Assembly (NCBI GenBank): GCA_017134395.1
Contig: CP070993.1
Span: forward strand, 526,199-590,198
Source of the DNA: Candidatus Kaiserbacteria bacterium
Lineage (GTDB): Bacteria; Patescibacteriota; Minisyncoccia; Phycocordibacterales; UBA2100
Length of the DNA: 64,000 nucleotides
Reading direction: 5' to 3'
This document shows, piece after piece, positions 27,800-37,497 of the stretch. A model generated the notes under the pieces. The model did not search any database, had not been told where the DNA came from, and saw only the letters and a list, made by a program, of their open reading frames with translations. How positions within the stretch are numbered: position 1 is the stretch's first letter; each line of letters starts with the position of its first letter. Both the position numbers and the translations under genes were made by a program.

Positions 27800-29218
27800 A
27801 TGAAACATTCTTCACAAAAGGGAATCGTAATTATTTTAGTGCTGGTGTTTGCAGCAGTATTTGGATTGTCAGTTTCTGCTCTCACAAGTTTTATATTTAG
27901 CCAGGCGCAATTAGGGGCTGGAAAAGAAGTGCGCGAACAGGCGCTGAATATAGCCGAAGCAGGTCTTGAATACTATCATTGGTTCCTTACTCACAACCCT
28001 GGAGATACCCAAGACGGAACTGGAGGCCTCGGGCCGTATGTACACACCTATTCTGATCCAGAAACCGGTGAAATAGGTTCGTTTAGTTTAGATATTGTTG
28101 GAAATGAGTCTTGTGGAATACTGCAGTCAATAGACGTCACATCAACTGGCACCGTGAATTCCGACCCCAAATTTACTCGAACTGTTTTTGGGAGACATGC
28201 TGCTCCTTCTGTTGCTGAATACTCGTACATTATCGGGGACGACGTATGGGCTGGTGCTGATCGTGAAATTACCGGACCCTATCATTCAAATGGAGGCATA
28301 CGGATGGATGGGACCAACAACTCAGTGGTAACGAGTGCTGTCTCAACGTGGTCTCAGAGTTTCAACTGCAACGGTGGGAGTGCATCCCCGGGCGTGTGTG
28401 GTGACGGGCCAAATTCTACGCTCTGGCGATACCCTGCTTCTGAGTTGAGCTTTAGTGATATAGAGGCTAATTTCTCGAGTATAAAAACAGCAGCAATTGC
28501 GGATGGTATTTATCTTGCGCCATACGGCTCAACTGAAACCTACATCTTTAATCCTTACGGAGGTCCAACAGACACTGCGGCTGATGGGTACCACTTGATT
28601 TTTAATGCAGATGGAACAGTTGATATATATCAAGTTACCAGCACGACAGGATATTGGGGGTATCTTTCGGGCATTGGGTACACAGCCGATTACCATATTA
28701 TAAGTGGAGAGTCTTTTATAGAGCGACGTACAGTACCTACAGATTGTTCAGTTATCTTTGTTGAAGATAAAGTATGGATTGAAGGAACAGTAAAAGGAAA
28801 AGTAACAGTCATAGCAGCAGATTTGGTGAATTCTGGATATGATCCAGATGTAATTATCTCTGGTGATATTGATTACTCTGTACAAGATGGTTCAGATGGC
28901 CTTACTGTCATCAGTGAATTTGGTATCTACCTACCGAGAGACTCCGCTGATACACTTTCAATACACGGTATTTTTGTCGCACAAGGAGATAGATTTGGTC
29001 GACCATATTATAGCGGTAGTTTAAAGACGCAATTAACAATAAAAGGATCTATTGTGTCGAGTCAACGAGTAGGAACTTCTTGGTCATCAGGATCTACTAT
29101 TATTTCAGGTTACCAGAATCGGGATAGCATATATGATCGACTACAGACAACAAACCCGCCTCCATTTACGCCATCGAGGACGCTCATTCCTGAATATATT
29201 CTTTGGCAAGAACTGTAG
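27800..29218 (+). CDS. large pilus-associated protein (minor pilin/PilX-like N-terminus, big C-terminal domain)
   Basis: N-terminal hydrophobic helix QKGIVIILVLVFAAVFGLSV; pilin-operon context; Gly/Ser/Thr-rich C-terminal domain. Confidence 0.5.
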   Translation: MKHSSQKGIVIILVLVFAAVFGLSVSALTSFIFSQAQLGAGKEVREQALNIAEAGLEYYHWFLTHNPGDTQDGTGGLGPYVHTYSDPETGEIGSFSLDIVGNESCGILQSIDVTSTGTVNSDPKFTRTVFGRHAAPSVAEYSYIIGDDVWAGADREITGPYHSNGGIRMDGTNNSVVTSAVSTWSQSFNCNGGSASPGVCGDGPNSTLWRYPASELSFSDIEANFSSIKTAAIADGIYLAPYGSTETYIFNPYGGPTDTAADGYHLIFNADGTVDIYQVTSTTGYWGYLSGIGYTADYHIISGESFIERRTVPTDCSVIFVEDKVWIEGTVKGKVTVIAADLVNSGYDPDVIISGDIDYSVQDGSDGLTVISEFGIYLPRDSADTLSIHGIFVAQGDRFGRPYYSGSLKTQLTIKGSIVSSQRVGTSWSSGSTIISGYQNRDSIYDRLQTTNPPPFTPSRTLIPEYILWQEL

Positions 29219-29236
29219 CGTGGTACAATCATTTCT

Positions 29237-29989
29237 ATGAAATCGGTGATTTGTAATTGGAAAATGAATCCTGCAACTTTTGCTGAGGCGAAGAAACTCT
29301 TTGATGCAACGAAAACACTTGCAGCTTCTGTAAAGAAAGTAGATATCGTTGTCGCCCCACCTGTTGTTTTCTTACGAGAGCTTGCAAAAGGGTACAGAGG
29401 CACTCGTGTGGAATTTGGAGCACAGAATATTTCAACCGAAAGTGAAGGGTCGCATACTGGTGAAACCGCTGCTGCACAAGTACGAGATGCTGGGGCAACG
29501 CATGTGATTATAGGTCATGCAGAGCGCCGTGCACTGGGCGAGACTGATGAACAAGTTGGCAAAAAAGTACTCACGGCACTTGAAAATAAAATGGATGCCA
29601 TAATTGCAGTCGGCGAAAGTGAACGCGACATACATGGGGAGTACGTACAGGTAGTTCGGAATCAAATCGTCACTGCACTACGAGAAATTCCTGCAGCGAG
29701 ATTTAAAAATGTAACCATAGCATATGAACCTATATGGGCAATTGGGGCGCCAACTGCACCTGACGCAAACGAAGTGCATCAAATGATGTTATTAGTTCGA
29801 AAGACGGTACGCGATGCGTTTGGAGATAAAGCACTTAAAGCAGTACGTGTTGTGTACGGAGGGGCGGTAAATGAAGATAATGCTGAGGGCATATTACGTG
29901 TTCCAGATCTCGACGGTGTATTAGTGGGTCGGGCAAGCCTTGATCCAGCACGGTTGAAAGTTATAGTACAAGCGGCACAAAGCGCATGA
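29237..29989 (+). CDS. tpiA: triosephosphate isomerase
   Basis: CNWKMN…, IIGHAERR, YEPIWAIG…. Confidence 0.92.
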   Translation: MKSVICNWKMNPATFAEAKKLFDATKTLAASVKKVDIVVAPPVVFLRELAKGYRGTRVEFGAQNISTESEGSHTGETAAAQVRDAGATHVIIGHAERRALGETDEQVGKKVLTALENKMDAIIAVGESERDIHGEYVQVVRNQIVTALREIPAARFKNVTIAYEPIWAIGAPTAPDANEVHQMMLLVRKTVRDAFGDKALKAVRVVYGGAVNEDNAEGILRVPDLDGVLVGRASLDPARLKVIVQAAQSA

Positions 29990-31092
29990 ATGTAGAATGG
30001 ATAGATGAACAGAATGATTTAGCTGGCAAAGTGGTGCTAGTCCGTGCTGGGCTAAATACTCCTATAGAAAAAGGAGTGGTTCGGACTGATTTTCGAATAC
30101 GAAAAGCTATCCCGACACTACGTTTTCTTAGAGACCAGGGTGCTCGGGTAATTGTAATTGCACACATTGGGCGCGATAAAAACGAAACACTCCAGCCTGT
30201 TGCAGATGCGCTTAATGAATATTTTCCAGTAAGGTTTCAAGAAAGAAAAGATCTAGATGTTTCTACATTACAAAATGGTGACATCACGTTGCTTGAAAAC
30301 CTACGACAAGATAATCGTGAAGTAGCTGGTGATGAAACTCTCGCACAGGAACTCGCAGCGCTTGCTGATGTTTTTGTACAAGATGCATTTTCAGTGTGTC
30401 ATCGGAACCATGCGAGTATTGTTGGGATACCAAAATACATCAAAAGTTATGGTGGTTTGTTAGTGAGGGAAGAAACTGAGAAATTAGCGAGTGTTCTCCA
30501 ACCAGAACATCCTGCACTTTTCATTTTAGGAGGTGCGAAGTTTGGGACAAAAGAACCACTCATTCGGAAATTTATGGGAGTCTATGATTCTGTCTTTATC
30601 GGTGGTGCACTACAAAACGAGCTACTCGCTGCGCGCGGAATAGAGGTAGGGGCGTCGGTTATCGATGATGGTGAAGTTGCCAAAGATATTTTAGAAAATG
30701 AAAAAGTAGCTGATGTGCACGATGTTATTGTTGAGCATGTTGATGGAAGTTCTGAAACGCTTTCAATAAACCAAATAGGTAACGAAGACACGATTGTTGA
30801 TATAGGAGAGGGCACGATGCAGAATTTTGTTGCAACGTTTAATACATACAAAACTATTGTGTGGAACGGACCACTTGGCTGGTACGAAAAGGGGTACATC
30901 AGTGCGACAAAAACATGTGCACAGACACTTGCATTAAGTAGCGCAACGACAGTTGTTGGAGGTGGAGACACCATCGCACTTATTCAAAAAGAAAAGTTAG
31001 AAAATGAGTTTGACTTTGTTTCAACAGGAGGTGGGGCAATGTTGGAGTTTTTGCTCAAAGGAACGCTTCCCGGGCTTGAAGTACTGAAATAA
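29986..31092 (+). CDS. pgk: phosphoglycerate kinase
   Basis: VRAGLNTP…, two-lobe PGK with GGGA…; 4-bp overlap with tpiA. Confidence 0.9.
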   Translation: MNVEWIDEQNDLAGKVVLVRAGLNTPIEKGVVRTDFRIRKAIPTLRFLRDQGARVIVIAHIGRDKNETLQPVADALNEYFPVRFQERKDLDVSTLQNGDITLLENLRQDNREVAGDETLAQELAALADVFVQDAFSVCHRNHASIVGIPKYIKSYGGLLVREETEKLASVLQPEHPALFILGGAKFGTKEPLIRKFMGVYDSVFIGGALQNELLAARGIEVGASVIDDGEVAKDILENEKVADVHDVIVEHVDGSSETLSINQIGNEDTIVDIGEGTMQNFVATFNTYKTIVWNGPLGWYEKGYISATKTCAQTLALSSATTVVGGGDTIALIQKEKLENEFDFVSTGGGAMLEFLLKGTLPGLEVLK

Positions 31093-31102
31093 GAAACACT
31101 CT

Positions 31103-31522
31103 TTACAGAGAGTCTTTTATTTTTGCTGCGATTTTCTCGGCGATAGTGGTCAATGTTTCGCTACTTGGATTTCCCTCTTTTCCTTCGAGTAATATTTTTG
31201 AAGTGATGTCTTCGTGATCTTCTGTTGGTATAAGATGTACGTGTGTATGTGGTACGTCCCATCCTGCGATGACCAGACCCATCTTTTTTGGTTTCAGCGC
31301 ATTTTCGATTGCTCCAGCAAGAATGTGTGTAGCTTGCATGACATGCATATATACTTCGATCGGGAGTTTTTCAAAATTTGGCTCGTGTACTTTTGGTACA
31401 ACAAGTAAGTGACCTGGGCGGATTGGATGGATATCCATAAATGCCAATACGGTTTCATTTTCGTACACTTTATACGAGGGCAGTTCATCTCTAACTATTT
31501 TACAAAAAATACATTCTTCCAT
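31103..31522 (-). CDS. HIT-family (histidine triad) hydrolase
   Basis: CIFCKIV…; histidine triad HTHVHLIP. Confidence 0.85.
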   Translation of the reverse strand: MEECIFCKIVRDELPSYKVYENETVLAFMDIHPIRPGHLLVVPKVHEPNFEKLPIEVYMHVMQATHILAGAIENALKPKKMGLVIAGWDVPHTHVHLIPTEDHEDITSKILLEGKEGNPSSETLTTIAEKIAAKIKDSL

Positions 31523-31544
31523 TAGTGCAGTATAATCCAAACAC

Positions 31545-33272
31545 ATGACTAAATCCAAAGCATACACAGTACGAAAAAAACCGAGCGAAACAGTACGGAA
31601 AGCACTCAAAGAATTTCCAGATTTTGTACAGGAAATTTTGGCAGCTCGGGGTATAAAAACACATAAAGCTGCACAAGATTTTTTTAATCCAAACTACGAT
31701 GAACAAGTATATGATCCATTCCTTTTGCACGACATGGATGTTGCTGTTACACGGATCATAAAAGCAATCGATAATAACGAACATATTGCTATCTACAGCG
31801 ATTTTGACGCAGACGGTATTCCCGGTGGTGCGCTGTTACACGACGTATTCAAAAAGATTGGCTACGAGCGTTTCACAAACTATATCCCACACAGAGACAC
31901 AGAAGGGTATGGTTTTCATAAGGAGGCAGTCGATACTCTCTTAAAGAAGGAAGTATCGCTTATTATAACGGTGGATGTCGGCATTACGAATGGTGAAACG
32001 GTTACGCATGCCAATACATTAGGAGTCGATGTTATTGTTACTGACCATCATATTCCTAGTAAAACACTGCCTGATGCAGTTGCTGTTGTGAACCCGCAAC
32101 GCGAAGATGAAACATACCCATTTCGGTTTTTTTGCGGGACAGGTGTGGCGTTCAAATTAACTCAGGCACTTTTTATTCGGGCGCGAGAGCAAGACAAAGA
32201 CTGGGTTAAAGATGTTCCGGAAGGGTGGGAAAAATGGTTGCTCGATTTAGTTGCTATCGCGACTGTTGGTGACATGGTTCCGCTTGTCGGTGAAAACAGA
32301 ACATTGGTGCACTACGGACTGACTGTGTTGCACAAATCACGACGACCAGGAATTACTGCACTATGTCGTAAGTTGGGTATCGGGCAGGCGTACATTACAG
32401 AAGATGACATCGGATTTTCTATTGCGCCACGAATTAATGCAGCTTCGAGAATGGGAACTCCTGAATTAGGATTTCGATTGCTTACGACTGTTGATGGTGC
32501 AGAAGCCGCAGACGTCGCGCGCGAGTTAGAATCTCTTAACAATAAACGTAAAGGAAGTGTTGCGAGTATTACGAAAGAGTTAAAGAAACGTTTTGAAGAA
32601 AATTCAGATGGAGCAGTTCTTGTTGCAGGAAATCCAAATTGGAATCCAGCATTACTTGGGCTTGCTGCTAACTCTCTTGTAGATACGTATGGAAAGACGG
32701 CGTGCTTATGGGGACGGGAAGGCACCGGAAGTATCAAAGGGTCATGTCGTGGGAACGGAAACGTAAATGTCGTAGATATGTTTAATCACGCAAGTCATAC
32801 TCTTGTACAATTTGGCGGACACGAACATGCGGGAGGTTTTTCTGTTGATGCAGACAAAGTGCACATTATGGAGGATGCTTTTAACAGTGCGTACAAGGAA
32901 CTTTCAAAAGGGGTCAAACTGTTAGTGCCAGAAGCTGATGCTGTTTTGCCGCATGCGTCATTACGCGAAACGCATAAAGTACTTTCACAATTTGCTCCGT
33001 TTGGTATGGGGAATTCCAAACCAGTATTTGTATATAAAAGTGCTCTTGTACGTTCGTTGAAACAATTTGGAAAAGAAGAGGCACATATAGAATTACATCT
33101 GGCAGCTGATGAATTTGAGAATACTGTTCGAGCGATTGCGTTCTTTAAAAACCCACAATCATTTTCACGAACCCCAGAACAAGATCGTGTCGTTGACGTT
33201 CTGTGCACTATAGAGCTCTCACGTTTTGCTGGTCGCGTAAATCTTGAGCTACGCATTGTGGATATTGTGTAA
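31545..33272 (+). CDS. recJ: single-stranded-DNA-specific exonuclease RecJ (DHH/DHHA1)
   Basis: IAIYSDFDADGIPGGALL, DHH motif VIVTDHH, DHHA1 GGHEHAGG. Confidence 0.85.
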   Translation: MTKSKAYTVRKKPSETVRKALKEFPDFVQEILAARGIKTHKAAQDFFNPNYDEQVYDPFLLHDMDVAVTRIIKAIDNNEHIAIYSDFDADGIPGGALLHDVFKKIGYERFTNYIPHRDTEGYGFHKEAVDTLLKKEVSLIITVDVGITNGETVTHANTLGVDVIVTDHHIPSKTLPDAVAVVNPQREDETYPFRFFCGTGVAFKLTQALFIRAREQDKDWVKDVPEGWEKWLLDLVAIATVGDMVPLVGENRTLVHYGLTVLHKSRRPGITALCRKLGIGQAYITEDDIGFSIAPRINAASRMGTPELGFRLLTTVDGAEAADVARELESLNNKRKGSVASITKELKKRFEENSDGAVLVAGNPNWNPALLGLAANSLVDTYGKTACLWGREGTGSIKGSCRGNGNVNVVDMFNHASHTLVQFGGHEHAGGFSVDADKVHIMEDAFNSAYKELSKGVKLLVPEADAVLPHASLRETHKVLSQFAPFGMGNSKPVFVYKSALVRSLKQFGKEEAHIELHLAADEFENTVRAIAFFKNPQSFSRTPEQDRVVDVLCTIELSRFAGRVNLELRIVDIV

Positions 33273-33309
33273 GTACTATCAGTACTAAGTGAGGTACTAT
33301 AATTCGTAT

Positions 33310-34311
33310 ATGAAAAGTTTTTCTAAAAAAGAAGCGTTTGTAGCTGGGTGGGAAAGTTTTAAGGAGCGTCCATTTTTTATCATTGGGTTATTTCTTATTA
33401 CTACTATCATTTCTATTATTACTGGCCTCATTGCTGACGAAGTTTCAGATGGTGTTATTGGTGCCACAGTAAATGTCGCTGACTTTGCAATACAAACCAT
33501 TATTGGAATGGGCTCAACCCTGATACTTTTGCGATTATATGACAGAGTTGAAACTGACTATACAGACTTACTAGAGCCGCTTCACTTATTTTGGAAATAT
33601 CTCGTCGCATCAATTCTTGTATTGTTAGTTGTGGCGTTTGGACTCATTCTCTTTATTGTTCCAGGTATTGTTGCCGGTGTTGCACTTTTGTTTGCATCGT
33701 ACCTTATTATTGATCGCGATCTTGGACCTGTTGAGGCAATGAAAGAAAGCCTTCGCATCACCAATGGACACCGTTGGAATATCGTACTTTTCTTATTGCT
33801 CGCATTGGGACTTAATATTCTCGGGGCACTTTTCTTTGGAGTTGGTTTGCTCGTAACCATTCCTGTTTCAGCACTTGCAATGGTGCATGTGTATCGATGG
33901 TTGCTTAACCCGCCAACTGAAATAGGAATTGAAGTTTCACTTTTGGTTAAGATCGTTACCGTTCTTTCTATTACAGTTATCTTTATTGGAACGGCCCTTT
34001 TGATTTTTGGGATTGTGGATGGGTTTCTGAACGATTCGGAGTTACGAGATACACAACGTCGTTCAGATTTGTCGCAAATTAAATTAGCATCCGAAATGTA
34101 CTTTGGTACATACAATACGTTCCCAGAATCAGTAGAAGTATTAGTGCCCGACTTTATGTCTCAAGTTCCTGTTGACCCAATCACAGGTATACCGTACGAA
34201 TATGTTCTTCGTGAAGGAGGTGCAGATTTTGAAGCATGCACTATTTTAGAAAATGATGAATCTGGAGGGATACATTGTGAATTCGGTTTAGAATTTGGAG
34301 CTAATAAATAG
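33310..34311 (+). CDS. polytopic membrane protein with C-terminal pseudopilin (GspG-like) domain
   Basis: ~6 TM helices followed by …FLNDSELRDTQRRSDLSQIKLASEMYF…PVDPITGIPYEYV, the GspG/pilin signature, without a prepilin cleavage motif. Confidence 0.5.
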   Translation: MKSFSKKEAFVAGWESFKERPFFIIGLFLITTIISIITGLIADEVSDGVIGATVNVADFAIQTIIGMGSTLILLRLYDRVETDYTDLLEPLHLFWKYLVASILVLLVVAFGLILFIVPGIVAGVALLFASYLIIDRDLGPVEAMKESLRITNGHRWNIVLFLLLALGLNILGALFFGVGLLVTIPVSALAMVHVYRWLLNPPTEIGIEVSLLVKIVTVLSITVIFIGTALLIFGIVDGFLNDSELRDTQRRSDLSQIKLASEMYFGTYNTFPESVEVLVPDFMSQVPVDPITGIPYEYVLREGGADFEACTILENDESGGIHCEFGLEFGANK

Positions 34312-34374
34312 CACGCACTTGCGAGTGTAGTGAGACGTTCGACAGTGCAAAGAGCACTGGGTATACTTATCCGC

Positions 34375-34782
34375 ATGGATAAAATCATTTGCTATACAGA
34401 CGGTGCTTCACGCGGAAACCCAGGACTGGCTTCAGCAGGGGCCGTTATTTTCCAGGGAGAGAAAGTAGTAGCAGAGATTCGTTCACCTCTTGGTGTGCGG
34501 ACAAATAACTGGGCTGAGTACGAGGCGGTGGTACAAGTATTACAGAAAATTAAAGACTTAGACCTTTCAGACAGAAGTATAGAAATACGAATGGATAGTA
34601 AACTTGTTGCCGAACAACTCTCAGGTAATTGGAAGATTAAGAAAGATACGCTCCGTGAGCAATACAACAAAATTCAAGATATTTTACAGAGCGGATTTGG
34701 CGACGTTGCATACACTCATGTTCGACGAGAAAAAAACACCTACGCAGACAGATTGGCAAACGAAGCGCTAGATGCGCAGTAA
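34375..34782 (+). CDS. rnhA: ribonuclease HI
   Basis: ICYTDGASRGNPGLASAGAVI … YTHVRREKNTYADRLANEA. Confidence 0.85.
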   Translation: MDKIICYTDGASRGNPGLASAGAVIFQGEKVVAEIRSPLGVRTNNWAEYEAVVQVLQKIKDLDLSDRSIEIRMDSKLVAEQLSGNWKIKKDTLREQYNKIQDILQSGFGDVAYTHVRREKNTYADRLANEALDAQ

Positions 34783-34784
34783 GT

Positions 34785-36224
34785 ATGCATCGATTTCTCC
34801 CCGTACTCTTCGGGGCGTTTGCCTTAGGAATTGCAGTCAGATCATTTTATGAATTTGGATTGACTTTCGTAGGGCTCTTTGTTTTGAGTGCTCTTAGCCT
34901 ATTGTTTGTTTCACGGCGCAGACTCTTCGTGGTATGTGCAATAGCCCTTTTGTTCTTTGCGCTTGGTGTTGGACGTATGCACGTTGCGGTACCGGTTACG
35001 ATTACGAACATAGAGGTACACACAGAAGACATTGTTGTATTTGAAGGAGTGGTTATAAAAGAACCAGATATTCGAGATACCTACACCAATATAGTTGTCG
35101 CACGCACTGATACAAAACAAAAAGTACTTGTACGGATAACTCCATTTGAAGAGGTTCACTACAAAGACGAAGTCGCGATACGAGGAATCCTTGAAGCACC
35201 TGAAAATTTTGAGGGCGAAGGAGGCAGGATTTTTAATTACAGAGCGTATTTAGCAAAGGATGCTATTTACAGCATCGCTCCGTTTCCTGAATTTGAAGTA
35301 CTTACGAGTAATTCAACACCAACAGGTTTACTTCTCACGCTCAAAGGGGCGTACTTAGCATCTCTCAAGAGTGTTCTTCCCGAGCCTTCAGCGGCACTCG
35401 CTGGTGGAATTACTGTAGGTGAGAGGCGTTCATTAGGCGATGAGCTCACGCAAGATTTTCGCGATACGGGGCTCATACATATTGTAGTGCTCTCTGGTTA
35501 CAATATTGCCATTGTGGTGCTGTTCATTGTAGCGATGCTTTCGTTTCTACCGCCCAAGCCGAGACATCTCGTTGCTATAGGTGGTATTTTTGTATTTACT
35601 ATCCTCGTCGGTGCTTCAGCGACTGTCGTGCGTGCCGCAATAATGGGAAGCATCGCGTCGTTGGGGGTTGTCGCGGGTCGTACCTATGCGGCACTCTACA
35701 CGCTCGTGCTTGCCGGATTTGCTATGCTGCTGTGGAATCCGTATCTATTAATATATGACCCATCATTTCAGCTCAGTTTCGTAGCAACTGCTGGGCTGTT
35801 ACTTGGAGTTCCGATACTTTTACCGTATCTCCATTTCGTACCCGAAAACTATGCATTGAAGGACATTTTTGCAGCTACCATTGCAACGCAAATCGCCGTA
35901 CTTCCGTTACTGGTGTACATGATAGGGGATGTTTCATTGGTAGCAGTACTCGTTAATCTTCTCGTACTTCCTACAATACCGTTGGCGATGCTCTTTGTGT
36001 TTTTAACTGGTGTAGTAGGAATGGTATACCAACCATTTGCACTTTTGTTTGGGTTTATCGCCCATGCGTTCTTATCGTATGTCATTTTACTCGTAGAGTT
36101 TTTTGCTGACGTTCCATTTGCGGTTGTTAGTCTGCCGACTTTTTCTTTTGTATTTGTGCTTGCTGCATACGGGCTACTGACTGCACTCGTGTGGTATATA
36201 CAAAGAAAAAACGACCCAGCATAG
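34785..36224 (+). CDS. comEC: ComEC/Rec2 competence channel protein, membrane (N-terminal/competence) part only
   Basis: ~10 TM helices, competence-domain motif GLIHIVVLSGYNIAIV; no metallo-beta-lactamase domain in this ORF. Confidence 0.75.
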   Translation: MHRFLPVLFGAFALGIAVRSFYEFGLTFVGLFVLSALSLLFVSRRRLFVVCAIALLFFALGVGRMHVAVPVTITNIEVHTEDIVVFEGVVIKEPDIRDTYTNIVVARTDTKQKVLVRITPFEEVHYKDEVAIRGILEAPENFEGEGGRIFNYRAYLAKDAIYSIAPFPEFEVLTSNSTPTGLLLTLKGAYLASLKSVLPEPSAALAGGITVGERRSLGDELTQDFRDTGLIHIVVLSGYNIAIVVLFIVAMLSFLPPKPRHLVAIGGIFVFTILVGASATVVRAAIMGSIASLGVVAGRTYAALYTLVLAGFAMLLWNPYLLIYDPSFQLSFVATAGLLLGVPILLPYLHFVPENYALKDIFAATIATQIAVLPLLVYMIGDVSLVAVLVNLLVLPTIPLAMLFVFLTGVVGMVYQPFALLFGFIAHAFLSYVILLVEFFADVPFAVVSLPTFSFVFVLAAYGLLTALVWYIQRKNDPA

Positions 36225-36299
36225 AATTAACTACACTGAGCCACTTCGTCTACCTGATACTTTTTGCACGATAAAGTTGACGCGCGTTCCTGTATTTAA

Positions 36300-36893
36300 T
36301 TATGTATTTGCAAAACGTTGTGTTGCAACATCCCAATTGAGATTTTTGAGGAACGCCTCAACATGTTGAGCCTTTTCTGCAGGTAAATAATCAATCATGT
36401 ATGCGTGTTCCCACATGTCTGCAGTAAGAAGTATATCTACGTCCGCGAGCATGCCAAGCTCGTGGTCTGCCGTCCACCATACATGAGGAGTATTACTACT
36501 TTTGTCCCACCCGAGTGTTGTCCATCCAGAACCGCGGCTCATGGCAACACTCTTAAAGTGTGTAATGAAGTCCTCCCAACTTCCGTATTTTTCGGCAACT
36601 GCTGTTTCAAGTGCAGTGCCACGGGGTTCATCTGTTTTTCCACCTACCCACTGTGAAAAGTAGAGTTCGTGCATGCGCATACCATTAAATTCGAATCCTA
36701 AACGACGACGGACTGACTCAATAGCAAATGCATATTTTTCAGAATCTTCTTTAGTAAGATCTGCTATTTGTTCTCGTAGAAGGTTGATGTGTTTCACATA
36801 CCCATTGTACAAGCCAACATGCACTTCTAATTGTTTTTCTGAGATCCCTTCCATTTCTGGGAAATTAAATGTTTGAGTTTCGTATGCGTGCAT
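36300..36893 (-). CDS. sodA: Fe/Mn superoxide dismutase
   Basis: C-terminal DMWEHAYMIDY metal-ligand motif, N-terminal helical-hairpin His region, ~197 aa. Confidence 0.85.
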   Translation of the reverse strand: MHAYETQTFNFPEMEGISEKQLEVHVGLYNGYVKHINLLREQIADLTKEDSEKYAFAIESVRRRLGFEFNGMRMHELYFSQWVGGKTDEPRGTALETAVAEKYGSWEDFITHFKSVAMSRGSGWTTLGWDKSSNTPHVWWTADHELGMLADVDILLTADMWEHAYMIDYLPAEKAQHVEAFLKNLNWDVATQRFANT

Positions 36894-37020
36894 ATAAGTA
36901 TAACTAAGTGCTAATTGCACGCATCATACCACGCACTTCTTGATACACCATCATAGAACGGATGAGCGCAGTGACCTCATCCCTCGTCTTTTATTAAGTT
37001 TTTTTGTGCACACGTATATA

Positions 37021-37049
37021 TTGCAAATGTGCTGATGCATCAGTACATT
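37021..37049 (+). promoter_or_regulatory. sigma70-like promoter (TTGCAA-17-TACATT) with a near-perfect 26-bp palindrome (candidate operator) spanning the spacer and -10; the ATG of the downstream regulator is at the predicted +1
   Basis: ttgcaa atgtgctgatgcatcag tacatt; palindrome aaatgtgctgatg|catcagtacattt. Confidence 0.5.
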
Positions 37050-37055
37050 TAGTTC

Positions 37056-37493
37056 ATGGCGCTTGTATCGAAAAAAGTTTTTTCTGCAGAAACGCGAAAA
37101 CGTATTCGCCGGCAATTTATCGAGTTGTTTGCACGACAGAAAACGCGTAAAGATATAGCTACTGTTCTTGACCAACTTTTGACCGACACCGAGCGCTTGA
37201 TGCTGGCAAAACGCATTGTGCTTATACTTATGCTACAAAACAAAAGTTCGTACTACGAGATACGTGAAGCACTTGGCGTCAGTACCGACACGTCTGCACG
37301 ATGGCATGCATTACTTGAGGAAGGCGAGCTCGATGCGATTGTTAAAACACTCAAGCAGAAAAAAGCTCGCGAACACTTGCTCGATACGGTAGAAATTATT
37401 TTGCGCAGTGGTATGCCACCTATTGCAGGAAGAAATCGGTACTCACGGACATTTCAACTTATAGCTGAAGTAAAGCAGGAGAAGCGTTGGTAA
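37056..37493 (+). CDS. TrpR/YerC-YecD-like helix-turn-helix DNA-binding protein
   Basis: 145 aa; LLTDTERLMLAKRIVLILMLQNKSSYYEIREALGVSTDTSARW resembles TrpR-family HTH proteins. Confidence 0.55.
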   Translation: MALVSKKVFSAETRKRIRRQFIELFARQKTRKDIATVLDQLLTDTERLMLAKRIVLILMLQNKSSYYEIREALGVSTDTSARWHALLEEGELDAIVKTLKQKKAREHLLDTVEIILRSGMPPIAGRNRYSRTFQLIAEVKQEKRW

Positions 37494-37497
37494 TAAC

